From: Candidatus Obscuribacterales bacterium
GTDB lineage: Bacteria; Cyanobacteriota; Vampirovibrionia; Obscuribacterales; Obscuribacteraceae
DNA: 64,000 nucleotides
NCBI GenBank assembly: GCA_965228855.1
Contig: CBDDIJ010000002.1
Coordinates: 2,048,001-2,112,000, forward strand
Reading direction: 5' to 3'
This document shows, in pieces, positions 27,782-38,419 of the stretch. How positions within the stretch are numbered: the first letter of the stretch is position 1; every line of letters begins with the position of its first letter. Position numbers and translations under genes: made by a program. Under the pieces are notes generated by a model. It was given only the letters and a program-made list of their open reading frames with translations, was not told the origin of the DNA and did no database searches.

Positions 27782-30700
27782 TTATTCCTGGTCAGTCTTT
27801 TCTGCATTGATTTTCTTGGGCGGTAAAAACCGTTCCCACTCGGCGGCGAGATCCAACTGATTAAACACGTGCAAATTCTCCACTCTTTCTCGAATTATGC
27901 CTGTCAGACCGCTGGAAACAAGCCATGTTGCAATTGCCTCGACTTCCGTTTGGTCTTGAGTATCGCAAAGTCTTCTAAGGAACGGCAGAAAATCCTGATC
28001 GATGGCCAGCAGTTGCGTCAATACCAGATGCAGTGCGGTTGTTTTATTGTAGTTGGCAAATCGCAGTGCCATAGGTTTCAAAATATCAGCTCGTCCGATG
28101 AGTGTGAGGTGGCGAACCATCAGGTCGGCAAGCACAGTGTTCAGGTCAGCGCAGCGCTCGATAACGATGTACAGGGCGGTTTCGTCAGGCGCTTCTCGAA
28201 CGACCAGTGTCAAAACACCTTTAGCTTCATAGATGTGATTTTGCGCAAGGGAAAGGGCGATATCTAAAGCACGTTCCAATTGACCGCCTAGAATTAGATT
28301 CGTCGTCACGCTGTACAGCGCTTCTCTCTTCTCCTCTGCCGCCAGGCGCTCTGCAATAGCCAGCAATGTTTTCGTTTTCCCGAGCAAGGCTTGTTCGATC
28401 GTATACGTGTTCAGAAGCATCAGATTCTGTTGACGAGCTAGATCCACGGCCCAGGCGGTCGAAAGCCCGTCGTATTTTTCATGGATGCTTTCAGAAAAAA
28501 TGTTATGGGGACCCTGCGCGATCAATCTTTCGAAATTTTCTCTGCCGATGAAACTGCGAATCTTATGCAGCGCTTCCATGCTGGAATTCAGCTCACGATA
28601 GGCGACTTGAAGGTCTGGATCGATAATTCTCTGTTCTTCAAACAGCGCGGGTACGAAAAGTAGAGCATCGAGCTTGGTGCAGCACTGCTCAAAAGCTAAT
28701 TGAGTAACTTTGAATCCTTCTTCTGATGAGGCGCCGGTTTGGAGCACGTTGTAAAACTTTCTCAAACCGTTTAAATTCATCGTCGTGGCAATGCAGCAGG
28801 TAAGTTCGGCGAGCGTTCCGAATTCGTTTTGACGAATCAATTTGTCAAATATTGATTCCTGATAAGGAGCCGCCAGTATCTCGTTGAAGTCAAAAGAAAG
28901 CCGGGAAAGCTTGCCATTCTCGTGAAGATGGACGAGCAATCGGGATGCTTTCTGTGTTTGCTTTTGCTGAATCAAATGTGCGACGATGCTGGCCGCGTAT
29001 ACGGTGCCGTCGTTGCGACATGCTATTGCTGCATCAGTCAGCTCAATCAACTGGTTATGATCGGATGATCGCGCCAGCTCTCGAGTTATGTTTGCAAAAA
29101 CCACGAGCTTGCCATGCTCGACAAGAAGTTTCGCCAGATCGAAGAGCTCGCTGATGTTTCCTTCAGCGACTAGTTGTTTTAAAATTCCATCCAATACCGT
29201 CATGTGACCGTTCGAGACGATCATTGAACATATCCGCTCAAGCCAATCCAGTTGGCCTTCTCTGGTCAAATCAAGAATGAAACCGACATATCTATCGAAG
29301 CTACTGGTAGCAACGAGATTGAAGAACCAGTTGCTAACCACTTCTCGATATTCGTCTGAAATTAGAACGCTGAAGATGTTCTTTGCGCTATCTGAATCTT
29401 CGAGTTGGATGAAGTGATTTCGAAAATTCTCAAGAACTGAAATCTGCGCGTAATAGTGGTTCCAGGAAAAGTTGTTAAAACGTTCCTTGTCGATCGGCGA
29501 CATGGCCGATTTCAAGTTTTCTATCGCAGTTTTTACTGCAATGTCACATGCCTCATTGATTATTTGCGCATGAACCTCTGAATCTTTTTCTTCCGATGCC
29601 TGCGCTCCTGTAATCATTACATGGTGGAAAAGCGCATGGTCACAGTGTTCAGCGAGTTTGTGAAATATTACCGCCAGCTTGGGCAATGGATCAGCGGCAA
29701 CAAGCAATCGAATTACAATCGATAGAATGTTCTGGCGCGAAAAATCCGCAAGACGGAGAATAAAGTCATCTCTTACTCGTTGCGGACAAGATGCCGCGAA
29801 GTAACTCTCACTTAAACAGGTCAAGATCGTTGCATCGTCGAGTGATTCGAGTGCCTCGACAACAAGCCTGGATTCGCCGCCGTCACACAGGGGGGCAATT
29901 CGACTAGCCACGCGAAGAGCGTCCAGAGATTCTGAATGGCTATCCATTTGTTTGAAGAAGTGGCTGACGTTTACCAGCAGCTTAAGTATGCTCGACGCGT
30001 TCAAATACTTTCCTGCAACCAGTGCTAGTCTGGCGAAGTCTTCAACATTTGTGTGTCCGAGGTTTGCAAGCGTAAGCATCGCTTCATTTTGAGACCCTTC
30101 TATGGAATTTTGCAAAACGGCGCCACAAAAACTGGCAGTCTTTCCCTGCTCGTAAAAGCCTTTGGCGTAACAAGCTTCTGCGAACGCAAAATACAATTTC
30201 TTGGTTCGCTCCGTCAGAACCGTCATTGACTCTAACTTCGGCATGATCCCAATCAGCTCCATGTAAGAGTCGAGCAGGTCTTCCGAACAATCGTTCGAGT
30301 CCGACAGCAGCAGCTGCATAAATATGAGCGAGGCGCTCTTCACAAGGTCGTACACGAGCGTCGCATCTCGATTAGACCTGGCGATCTTCAGAGCGGCTGC
30401 TTGCAAAAATCTGTATGTGTTCCATCGGTAGATGTAGACGTTTCGCCGCTCCTCACCGACCATCTGTGCCAAATCGATGAAGTGAACCTGGTAGTCCAGG
30501 ATAACCTTGATTGCCGCCGTTTCGTTACTGTCATCAAATTTACAGATGGCCAGGAGAAACGCCGCATCGCGAATCTCATCACTTGCAACCTCATTTTGTC
30601 GACGATCAATGTCGAATCTTCGTTTGCCTTCGTTGAGGAACAGCAAAAAATAATTCGTGGCAACGGAGTATTGACCGGTCATGCCAAAGCAGTATCCGAG

Positions 30701-32095
30701 AGAGATTGCCACCTCCGAAAGTATAAGCTGGTGTCTATCCTGGTCTAGTTGTTTGAAAACCTCCAGGTAAACCTTTCCGGCCTCTGCGTATTCCGCATCG
30801 AAATAAAGCTCCGAGGCCTCTTTGAGTTTTCGCGCAATCCAGTTGGACGGAATTGTGGAGAGCTCGAGTTTGTCCGCGACCTTTTGAATGCGATCTTTGG
30901 CTTGACGACCAGCTTTGAACGTGTTCTGTGTTAGTTTGGCAAATTGTATTCCGGGATTTTTCTTCTGTCTCTGTCTATCGAGCACCGATGAGTCGATCGC
31001 GTCATAGGCATCGGCAAAGTCAAACTGCAATATTTTCGTTTGGTCATCTACGCCCATCGCGGATGCAGACGTGTCTATTTCAGAGGTTTCTTTATAGATT
31101 GGTTGCGAGCCTGTGTCTCTTGTGGCAACCGGCAGATGAGCACGCCCGTGGGTCCCAGCTTCATCCGCCGATTTGGGAAGCTGTTCCAAATCTTCCGGAG
31201 GGGCGCCGAGGTGCGGTATCGTATTCGGTGCAGCCCAGAGCATGCGTCTGATGACGGTAACTGTTTGTCTAATATGTTCAGACTCGTGTTCCAGAAGTTT
31301 TGCAAATACTGTTGAGCTATCAGGGTCAAGCAAATCTTTTCGTTTGAAAAGAATGCATTCGTCGCCGCCGCTTAGACTCCTATATAACGAAGGATCCACT
31401 GCAAGACAGAATATCGAAGCATGGATGAGCCATCGCGAGAAATTGTCAACGTTAGGATCGAAGTGGTTCTCATTGCGGTTTGGATGTTGATAGTTTGGAT
31501 GACCGAATTCCAAACTCTTCAATCCGGATAGGGCCGGAACAAAAAGCGTGTCATAGTCAACGAGTCTCAGACCCTTGTCTGTTACGATGATGTTTCCGTG
31601 CTGGAGGTCTCCATGGCCGATGCCGGCACCCTCCAACTCTCCAACCATTTGATGAAAACCTTTGAGTAGGTTTGTCATCTTGTTGGTATCACTGTAAGAC
31701 TGTTCGATGTATCTGTCGAGTGTCATCCCCTCAACCCACGTCATTTTCAGGCAGGGGTACCATTTCCCTCTGACTTTGATGCCCTTGTCCAGGTAGTAAA
31801 AATCAACCGTTGATTCGAGGTTGTCGAAAAGGACAAAGTCGGAGATGTGCTGGTAGCGGGCTTTCTGTTCGATTCTATTGTTGAGAAAACAGCGCACCGC
31901 CCATGAGGCCTCTCCATCGGTAGCTTTATATACACTTGCAAACGACCCGCTTGCCGCATGTGGTAAGCCTATCTTGTTGGTTGCAATCTTGGCGTTGCGC
32001 AACTGTTCATCAGCAAAACACGAGCGCGGATTTTGAACCGCTTCGTTGTAATCTTGAGGCGTTGGCCAGTCTATTGAAATCTCTTTCTCGAGCAT
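27782..32095 (-). CDS. Large Ser/Thr kinase (TerY-P-related N-terminal kinase) with about 1100-aa helical-repeat C-terminus
   Basis: WPTPQDYNEAVQNP, SGSFASVYK, WAVRCF, HGDLQHGNII, LVDYD and GHPNYQHP, followed by TPR-like Leu/Ala-rich helical sequence. Confidence 0.85.
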   Translation of the reverse strand: MLEKEISIDWPTPQDYNEAVQNPRSCFADEQLRNAKIATNKIGLPHAASGSFASVYKATDGEASWAVRCFLNNRIEQKARYQHISDFVLFDNLESTVDFYYLDKGIKVRGKWYPCLKMTWVEGMTLDRYIEQSYSDTNKMTNLLKGFHQMVGELEGAGIGHGDLQHGNIIVTDKGLRLVDYDTLFVPALSGLKSLEFGHPNYQHPNRNENHFDPNVDNFSRWLIHASIFCLAVDPSLYRSLSGGDECILFKRKDLLDPDSSTVFAKLLEHESEHIRQTVTVIRRMLWAAPNTIPHLGAPPEDLEQLPKSADEAGTHGRAHLPVATRDTGSQPIYKETSEIDTSASAMGVDDQTKILQFDFADAYDAIDSSVLDRQRQKKNPGIQFAKLTQNTFKAGRQAKDRIQKVADKLELSTIPSNWIARKLKEASELYFDAEYAEAGKVYLEVFKQLDQDRHQLILSEVAISLGYCFGMTGQYSVATNYFLLFLNEGKRRFDIDRRQNEVASDEIRDAAFLLAICKFDDSNETAAIKVILDYQVHFIDLAQMVGEERRNVYIYRWNTYRFLQAAALKIARSNRDATLVYDLVKSASLIFMQLLLSDSNDCSEDLLDSYMELIGIMPKLESMTVLTERTKKLYFAFAEACYAKGFYEQGKTASFCGAVLQNSIEGSQNEAMLTLANLGHTNVEDFARLALVAGKYLNASSILKLLVNVSHFFKQMDSHSESLDALRVASRIAPLCDGGESRLVVEALESLDDATILTCLSESYFAASCPQRVRDDFILRLADFSRQNILSIVIRLLVAADPLPKLAVIFHKLAEHCDHALFHHVMITGAQASEEKDSEVHAQIINEACDIAVKTAIENLKSAMSPIDKERFNNFSWNHYYAQISVLENFRNHFIQLEDSDSAKNIFSVLISDEYREVVSNWFFNLVATSSFDRYVGFILDLTREGQLDWLERICSMIVSNGHMTVLDGILKQLVAEGNISELFDLAKLLVEHGKLVVFANITRELARSSDHNQLIELTDAAIACRNDGTVYAASIVAHLIQQKQTQKASRLLVHLHENGKLSRLSFDFNEILAAPYQESIFDKLIRQNEFGTLAELTCCIATTMNLNGLRKFYNVLQTGASSEEGFKVTQLAFEQCCTKLDALLFVPALFEEQRIIDPDLQVAYRELNSSMEALHKIRSFIGRENFERLIAQGPHNIFSESIHEKYDGLSTAWAVDLARQQNLMLLNTYTIEQALLGKTKTLLAIAERLAAEEKREALYSVTTNLILGGQLERALDIALSLAQNHIYEAKGVLTLVVREAPDETALYIVIERCADLNTVLADLMVRHLTLIGRADILKPMALRFANYNKTTALHLVLTQLLAIDQDFLPFLRRLCDTQDQTEVEAIATWLVSSGLTGIIRERVENLHVFNQLDLAAEWERFLPPKKINAEKTDQE

Positions 32096-32106
32096 AAAAT
32101 TGACTG

Positions 32107-32997
32107 TTACGGGGTTAACGAAAAAGCGCTTTCCAGCATGCCGGAAAGCATCACGGTCTCGGCGGTCTTCTCCAGCTTGTAACCTTTCAGCGAATAATTA
32201 AAAATGGAATTGGACATATTCGCTTCTTTGATACCATATGTTTTCAAAGTCACCCCACTCGAATTATCATTGTGCAAAAAGTAGACACCGAGTGGGAAAC
32301 CGCCGAATCGCGGAATACGATAAATCGACTTTAGTATCTGCAGTTCTTTCTCTGGTACCGGTTTCATTTCAGTAGAAATAATAGAAATTGATTTGGCCTT
32401 TGACTTTGAAGCATCGTTGCCGACGCCCGAATAGCTTGGCATCATCATGCCGACTGTGCTGCCTTCAGGCGTTGGAGCGGTTATCTTCAACGCGCGAATG
32501 CCATTGTAATTGACCGGCTGTGGATTGAGTTTGCGACCTTCGAAGTAATCGCTGATTGCAATCATCGAGGGCAGCTCCTGGCGCTGGAATTTGTCGAATG
32601 ACGTCTCGTAGTAAACCATGTCCTGATTGTTGTAAAAGACGATCTTCCAGTCCGGCGCTTTGGCCACGAGATTCCCGCCGGTTGCGCCGATCTTAACGCG
32701 CAGGGCGCTTGCGCCTGCGTACACAGTCATTTTGCCAAGCTGAGCTGTTTCTTGCTGGATGACGAAAACCTTTTGCTTTGCGTCCTTGTCTTTCGCATCT
32801 TGAGCGGCTTTAAGCGTAGCCTTTGGCGGTTGTAGCTTTCCGGAAGTAACCGTGGACGAGTGTTCAGGCACTGAAATTTTACGACTGCCCGTCGGTCCCT
32901 TAGCGGGCTCAGTTTGAGTTTCTCTTGCAAACGCCAATCCCACCGTCACGCTTGTGAGCAGTGCTAACGTCGAAACTATTGATATTGACCGGGGCAT
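32107..32997 (-). CDS. Secreted hypothetical protein (paralog of 681..1505)
   Basis: Signal peptide, LVAKAPDWKIVFYN, YYETSFDKF and IYRIPRFGGFPL. Confidence 0.7.
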   Translation of the reverse strand: MPRSISIVSTLALLTSVTVGLAFARETQTEPAKGPTGSRKISVPEHSSTVTSGKLQPPKATLKAAQDAKDKDAKQKVFVIQQETAQLGKMTVYAGASALRVKIGATGGNLVAKAPDWKIVFYNNQDMVYYETSFDKFQRQELPSMIAISDYFEGRKLNPQPVNYNGIRALKITAPTPEGSTVGMMMPSYSGVGNDASKSKAKSISIISTEMKPVPEKELQILKSIYRIPRFGGFPLGVYFLHNDNSSGVTLKTYGIKEANMSNSIFNYSLKGYKLEKTAETVMLSGMLESAFSLTP

Positions 32998-33063
32998 CGG
33001 GGCGGCTGTTCTTGCCAGTATTTCAGGGGGTCTTATCCCTATGATTATTCCCGTTTGCAGCGC

Positions 33064-33099
33064 CTAAACCTCGCCTGTGCGGAACCTTGCGAGGTTTAG
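33064..33099. terminator. Inverted repeat / probable terminator downstream of the GT-C gene
   Basis: CTAAACCTCGC-N14-GCGAGGTTTAG, a perfect 11-bp stem; U-tract weak. Confidence 0.45.
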
Positions 33100-33188
33100 C
33101 TCCTCACGGACTGGTTTAAACAAGATGTCTCGAAGGAAGCTCTAGATGTCCGTTTTAGACGCTCTTCCGCCGTGATCGTTAAAACTGC

Positions 33189-35992
33189 TCAGTTGTCTAC
33201 CGATACACAAATGTGATCGCCGGAAACACCGATGCGTTTCCCGTCTTTGTCGACGGCCCAGGCTCGTAGTTCATACATTCCAGTTGCGGGAAACATATCT
33301 CGCTTCAATTCGATGTCACCGGATATGGTGCCCTTCAGTTCGTCCTTCATTGTCACTTTGCTGGGAGTCGAGGAGTTTTGTGTTTCAAACAGAAGATTTG
33401 TTCTGGTGATTTCGACAACTACGCCAGCAGCTGAGGGCACCTTTGTCGCATCGACATTGATGGTTGCGCGGTTATCTTTGTTGGACAGGTGAAGATAGCC
33501 CTTGGTTCCTAAGAAGCCGGAATTTTCAAAGGAAAGCATAGGCATTACTTTCTCGGGCGAAATTATTTCGACCGAGTCTATCGCGAGTTTCGAATTGTGC
33601 GGAATTTCAGCAGAAGCTCATGACACTTGCCTCCGAGCGACCATTCCGGCAGGCTCCGCAGCGGAAAAATAAGAGTCTGTGACTTTTCTCCCGGCACAAA
33701 GTCAGCATGCGTTCTGTTGGGCAAATCAAATTCCGGGCTGACATCGTTTGTGTAGAGTAGATCCGCCCCTTCGGTAGCGAGACTTCCAGCAGATTCGCCG
33801 CTAGTGTCGAGATCTCGAACCTTGACGGCAACGAATTCAATGTCGAAGGCGTTGCGCTTCTCAAAGTTAAGTAGAATTTCCGGTCTACCTTTGTTTGTGT
33901 TATTGCCGAAGACTTCGAGTGATCCGTCTCTGGTCCAGTTGTATTCGCCCTGCTTCATCGTTGCGATCGATTTCATTTCCGCAGCAATCCAGCTGCGCAA
34001 GTCATCGGGATCGCGTTCAATTTTCAGGGGCAAAAACGTTTTTTGTTTGCTGTTCCACGAATAAATTTGGACCTGGTCGCGCGCCTTCCAGAGCGAGTCT
34101 TTGATATATCCGAACGGCAAAATTTGTTCGTACTTATTGACGCTTAAACAGTTCCAAATGTCGCGTTGGAGCTGCGGGGCCTTTGTCATTCCATAGACGG
34201 CGTTTCTCGAAATGTAAGCTCCGTTGATTTGATCCGGCAAGCTCAGAAGCAATACTTGAGGGTCGTCTTTTATCTGGTCGTATAGTTTATGAAGTCCGGC
34301 GCGAATAGCGTTTGCTTCATTGCCTGCTGTTGCCCAGGCCTGGTTGTTTATCCATAGAGCGGCACCGCAGGTCGCTGAGAAGGCTATGCAAACCGCAGCT
34401 CGGAGTGCAAAACCAAATATTGGGGCTTCTTTAGGTTTAGTCGAACCCTTTTTGAAAGGATTGCGAGTTGGAACTATAAATGCCATTGCCAGAAAGAGAG
34501 CGAGAGCAACAGTGGCTACATGAGCTAATCTTGCGCCCTGCAAATCGTCGGCAATCGTGAATATCTTGTAGACCGGTGCAAAGCAGAACGCCATGAAAAT
34601 GGCATTGAACATCCAGAGTCGGAATAACCTTTTCTCCATTATGATGTTCGCGAACATCACTAAGAACGTTGCCACAAGCGAGACTTCCCAGCAGCGTCTG
34701 ACAACATGATGTGCGTTCATCAATCCCTTGTTTAGCGGGATGATAAACATCCGCAGACCGAGCAGCCAGCTCTCAAAGAAGTGTTTTATATCAGCAATAA
34801 AAAACAGCGAGTCGTCGTAGCCGCCTACAAATGTGCCAAGGGCGTATCTGCGCACACCGAAGTAAACGACTACAATGGCCCAGAAAAACAGGACAGGTTT
34901 CACAATGTCGACGGCCCACTTCAGAAGCGCTTGTGGTGCAAACGACTTTCGATTGTCTCGCAAAATTGCGTTGGGACCGAGAAGCGCCTCGTACAGCATG
35001 AACGACGGTGGCAGTGTCAGAGCCATCTCTTTTGATAATAATCCAAGCGCGAATGCAATCGCGCTGGCGGTCAGCCAGGCACTACCGCCGTCCTTGCGCC
35101 AGCGAATGTAAAAGTAGAACGTGGCAGTATAAAACGCAGTCACAACAGCATCTACGCGTCCTGTTATCCAGGAAACCGCTTCCGTGTGAAGCGGATACAA
35201 TCCAAAAATTAGAGCCGCGCCGAGCGGATATAAAAGATATGCCAGATTCCAGGGAACGCCAAGTGGCTCCAACTCTGGCTTAGCGCGTTTCGCTCGCTCC
35301 AGGGCCTCAGCCTCCGCTGCTGCCTTTGCCTTTTCTTTGGCCTCGCGGCGCAGTTGTTTCTTAGTCTTTCTTCTACCGGCAGAACCGGCTTCTACCTGCT
35401 GGACGTTCGAGTCGGCGTCTTCCTCATCGTCGTCATCGTCGTCGTCGTCCGAAAATGCTGCACCTGCGGATGCGGAATTGGGGCCGGCATTTGCACTTGA
35501 GTCTAGACTTTCACTTGCGCCGTTTTCCGAACCGCTCGCATCTGCACTCACTCCAAGTTTGGCGGTCCAACCGAATGTATCTTGCAGAAAGTGGCGAGCG
35601 CAGAAGAAGATGAAAACCGTCGCTATCAGATGAAAAACAACGTTTGTGATGTGAAACCCAAGACCGTTGATTCCCCATCCTAGATAGTCGGTCACCATGA
35701 AGACGGAGATCAGCGGGCGGTAGAATCTCGTTGTCGTTCCATCCAACCAGGAACTGTGAAAGTTTCTCCAGATAAGCTCTGGATTTTTGACGGCGTCTTT
35801 TAACCATGTCAGGTGAACGAAATCGTCGCCCAGGAAGAAGTCGAAAAGAACCGGCCAGTATCCGATCACTGTGACTATCACCACTAGTGATACCAGAGCA
35901 AACGTGATCAGAGTAGCGGAATTATTCCGTTTCGCTCCACTCGATGCAGTCGAAACATCCCGACTCGTTAGCGCGTTTACTTCAGTCTCCAT
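33189..35992 (-). pseudogene. GT-C fold membrane glycosyltransferase (PMT/TMTC-like), split by a 1-bp frameshift near 33601
   Basis: FLGDDFVHL, RFYRPL, YPLHTEAVSWITGR and LLSKE motifs with many TM helices (33578..35992). Adding one base at 33601..33602 joins it in frame to ORF 33189..33545. Could be a sequencing error rather than a true pseudogene. Confidence 0.7.
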
Positions 35993-36191
35993 TTCTTCAA
36001 CTCTTCAATGACTCAATTGCCACTTTCCATGCGGATCTATCTTCAACGTGGCAGCGGACTTCGTCTTTGCGGGTCTTCTTCATGTTATGCGAATCGAGTT
36101 AGCGTCAGTTTTCTGGTGATCAGAAATATTATCGCAGTATCAAGGAACAGATGCCTGCGTTGGCTGACGGTGAAGACTGACGCCTGTCGTT

Positions 36192-37412
36192 TTACGCTCC
36201 CAGGAAGGTCGGCGCCATAACCGGCGCTGGCACAACACCAGAAAGCTTCGTCATGACTTCGGTAATCTGATTGGCGACGTAGATCACGTCTTCCGTTGTG
36301 AGTTCCGGATACATCGGAAGCGAAAGCACTTCGTTCGCGACCTGTTCGGTTATTGGGAATGCACCTTTCTTATAACCCAATTTCTTGAACGCGACCTGAA
36401 GGTGAAGCGGAACCGGGTAATAGCACATTGAGCCAACACCGCGCTCTGCGAGTTCTTCGATCAGTTTTTTCCTCTCTTCGTTTTCTTTCGCCTTCAAGTT
36501 ATTGCTGTGAACGCGAATGGTGTACTGGTGCCAAACGTGAGTCAATTCCTGGGCGGTGGCTGCTCGTCCATTAACTGAAACTGTCGGCAGTGAGATGCCG
36601 GGGCAGCCTTGAAGAGCGGATGAATAGAGCCTTGCGATACCATCGCGACGCTTGTTCCACTCTTTGAGATATGGAACCTTTGTTCTCAGTGCCACTGCCT
36701 GCAGTTCGTCAAGTCTGCTGTTCACACCGAGTTCATCGTGGAAATATCTACGGTGCGATCCGTGTGCACGCAGGCAGCGCAAACGCTCCGCCAGTTTTTC
36801 ATCATTGGTGACAAGCATTCCTGCATCGCCGCAGGCTCCAAGGTTTTTGGTCGGGTAGAAACTGGTGCAGGCCACATCGCCGAAGCTTCCGGTTGCTTGT
36901 CCTCTATATGTGGCGCCGATACCTTGAGCATTGTCTTCGATGACGCGCAGATTGTGTTTCTTTGCGATCTTGAGAATAGGCTCCATGTCCGCGGGCAGTC
37001 CGTAAAGGTGAACCGGCATGATCGCTTTAGTTTTCTTGGTGATCGCCTTCTCGATGAGGTCGGGGTTCATGTTGTATGAAACCGGATCGATGTCGACGAA
37101 TACTGGTTTAGCTCCGCGCAGAGCGATTGCTTCGACTGTGGCGGCGAAAGTGAAAGGCGTGGTGATTACTTCGTCGCCTTTACCGATGTCCATGCACCAC
37201 AAGCTGAGTATGAGAGCGTCAGTTCCATTAGCTACACCGATTCCGTACTTAGCGCCGCAGATTGCAGCAACTTCTTTTTCAAGTTCGGTGACGTGTTGAC
37301 CCAATATGTAGTTGCCGCTCCGGAGCACTTCGAGAACTGCTTGTTCGATTGCCGGACCAACTTGGTTGTATTGCGCACGAAGGTTGAGAATCGGGACGCG
37401 ATGTGATGACAT
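36192..37412 (-). CDS. DegT/DnrJ/EryC1/StrS family sugar aminotransferase
   Basis: VANGTDAL, TTPFTFAAT, PVHLYG, IEDNAQ, SFYPTKNLGACGDAG, NSRLDELQA and LSLPMYPEL. Confidence 0.95.
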   Translation of the reverse strand: MSSHRVPILNLRAQYNQVGPAIEQAVLEVLRSGNYILGQHVTELEKEVAAICGAKYGIGVANGTDALILSLWCMDIGKGDEVITTPFTFAATVEAIALRGAKPVFVDIDPVSYNMNPDLIEKAITKKTKAIMPVHLYGLPADMEPILKIAKKHNLRVIEDNAQGIGATYRGQATGSFGDVACTSFYPTKNLGACGDAGMLVTNDEKLAERLRCLRAHGSHRRYFHDELGVNSRLDELQAVALRTKVPYLKEWNKRRDGIARLYSSALQGCPGISLPTVSVNGRAATAQELTHVWHQYTIRVHSNNLKAKENEERKKLIEELAERGVGSMCYYPVPLHLQVAFKKLGYKKGAFPITEQVANEVLSLPMYPELTTEDVIYVANQITEVMTKLSGVVPAPVMAPTFLGA

Positions 37413-37723
37413 TTAGGGTTTTCCTTACAGCTGCCGGCTGAATTTGTGGGACTCCAACCGGCCGTGGGTTGGTAACTGAACGCAGAGCATAACGCGTGCC
37501 ATTGACTACTTCAAAGGGGGCAAATGTAAGGTTCCAGCCCTTGCGGATGATAGATTTTTCATGCGCCCGTGAGCGGTTAATTGGTGCCGCGCCGGATGGA
37601 TGTCATGGTGATTGTTGGCTCGATTAAAATTCCCTCATTGTCGAAAGAAATTTTTGCACTTTGTAAATCGTTTCCTCTGTTTGAAGTTCTCCGTAAGACG
37701 CTTACGTGCGTTTAAAGTTCTCC

Positions 37724-37756
37724 ACAAACAAAAAGAGAGGGCGCTCGCCCTCTCTT
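37724..37756 (-). terminator. Intrinsic terminator of the histone-like RHH gene
   Basis: AAGAGAGGGC-GCTC-GCCCTCTCTT stem (37733..37756) with an A-rich run on its left, which is the U-tract on the minus strand. Confidence 0.8.
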
Positions 37757-37777
37757 CTTAGCACTGTGTTTGGTGCC

Positions 37778-38089
37778 TTACTTTTTCTTACCAGGGGTAG
37801 CAACTGTACGGGACAGAGCATTGGTGACGAACAGATTCAAGCTGACGCCTTCTCTTTCTGCACGATCAACCAACGCCTGGTGAAGGGATTTCGGCAAACG
37901 AACTGTGAACTTGCCGCTGAAGTTGGTGAAGTCTTCACCACTGGTTTTCGCGCGAGCTACAGTACGCACTGCTCTGGCTTTAGGAGCTTTGGCTTTAGGA
38001 GCCTTTTTCGCTGCCTTCGCTGGTGCTGGTTTAGCTGCTTTCTTCTTGGCTGCGGGTTTTTTAGCTCCTGCCTTTTTCTTAAGTGCCAT
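37778..38089 (-). CDS. Histone-H1-like Lys/Ala-rich tail fused to a HicB-type ribbon-helix-helix domain
   Basis: MALKKKAGAKKPAAKKKAAKPAPAKAAKKAPKAK... followed by FSGKFTVRLPKSLHQALVDRAEREGVSLNLFV. GAGGAG RBS. Confidence 0.85.
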   Translation of the reverse strand: MALKKKAGAKKPAAKKKAAKPAPAKAAKKAPKAKAPKARAVRTVARAKTSGEDFTNFSGKFTVRLPKSLHQALVDRAEREGVSLNLFVTNALSRTVATPGKKK

Positions 38090-38419
38090 GTTTCTCTCCT
38101 CGTTTTGTGGGATCTTTGGTACCGGTGACGCAGAACTGACTGAGTCGTGGTACCTTGGAAGCTTGTGTACGCAAGCATCCCTTTGGACGCCCGGCTAACC
38201 ATGCGTCCCCTGTGACTTTTTGTGCGACCTTACCACCACCATAGGTGGCACTGTAATTGTACCCGTGAATCTATCTTTTACTACCCTAATTGGATATATA
38301 TTTTTAGAGGGGCTCAACAGCGCCACCAGTTCAATGTTCGCGAAGTGGCTCTACCAGTGGTGCGGCACCACTTTTGATGGCTGGTATCACTAGGAAAAAA
38401 GTTAAGGATCGTAACCAAC

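Noticed and set aside
37778..38330. Complete HicAB toxin-antitoxin module
   Set aside because: No HicA-like ORF nearby, and the HicB N-terminal domain is replaced by a Lys/Ala tail.
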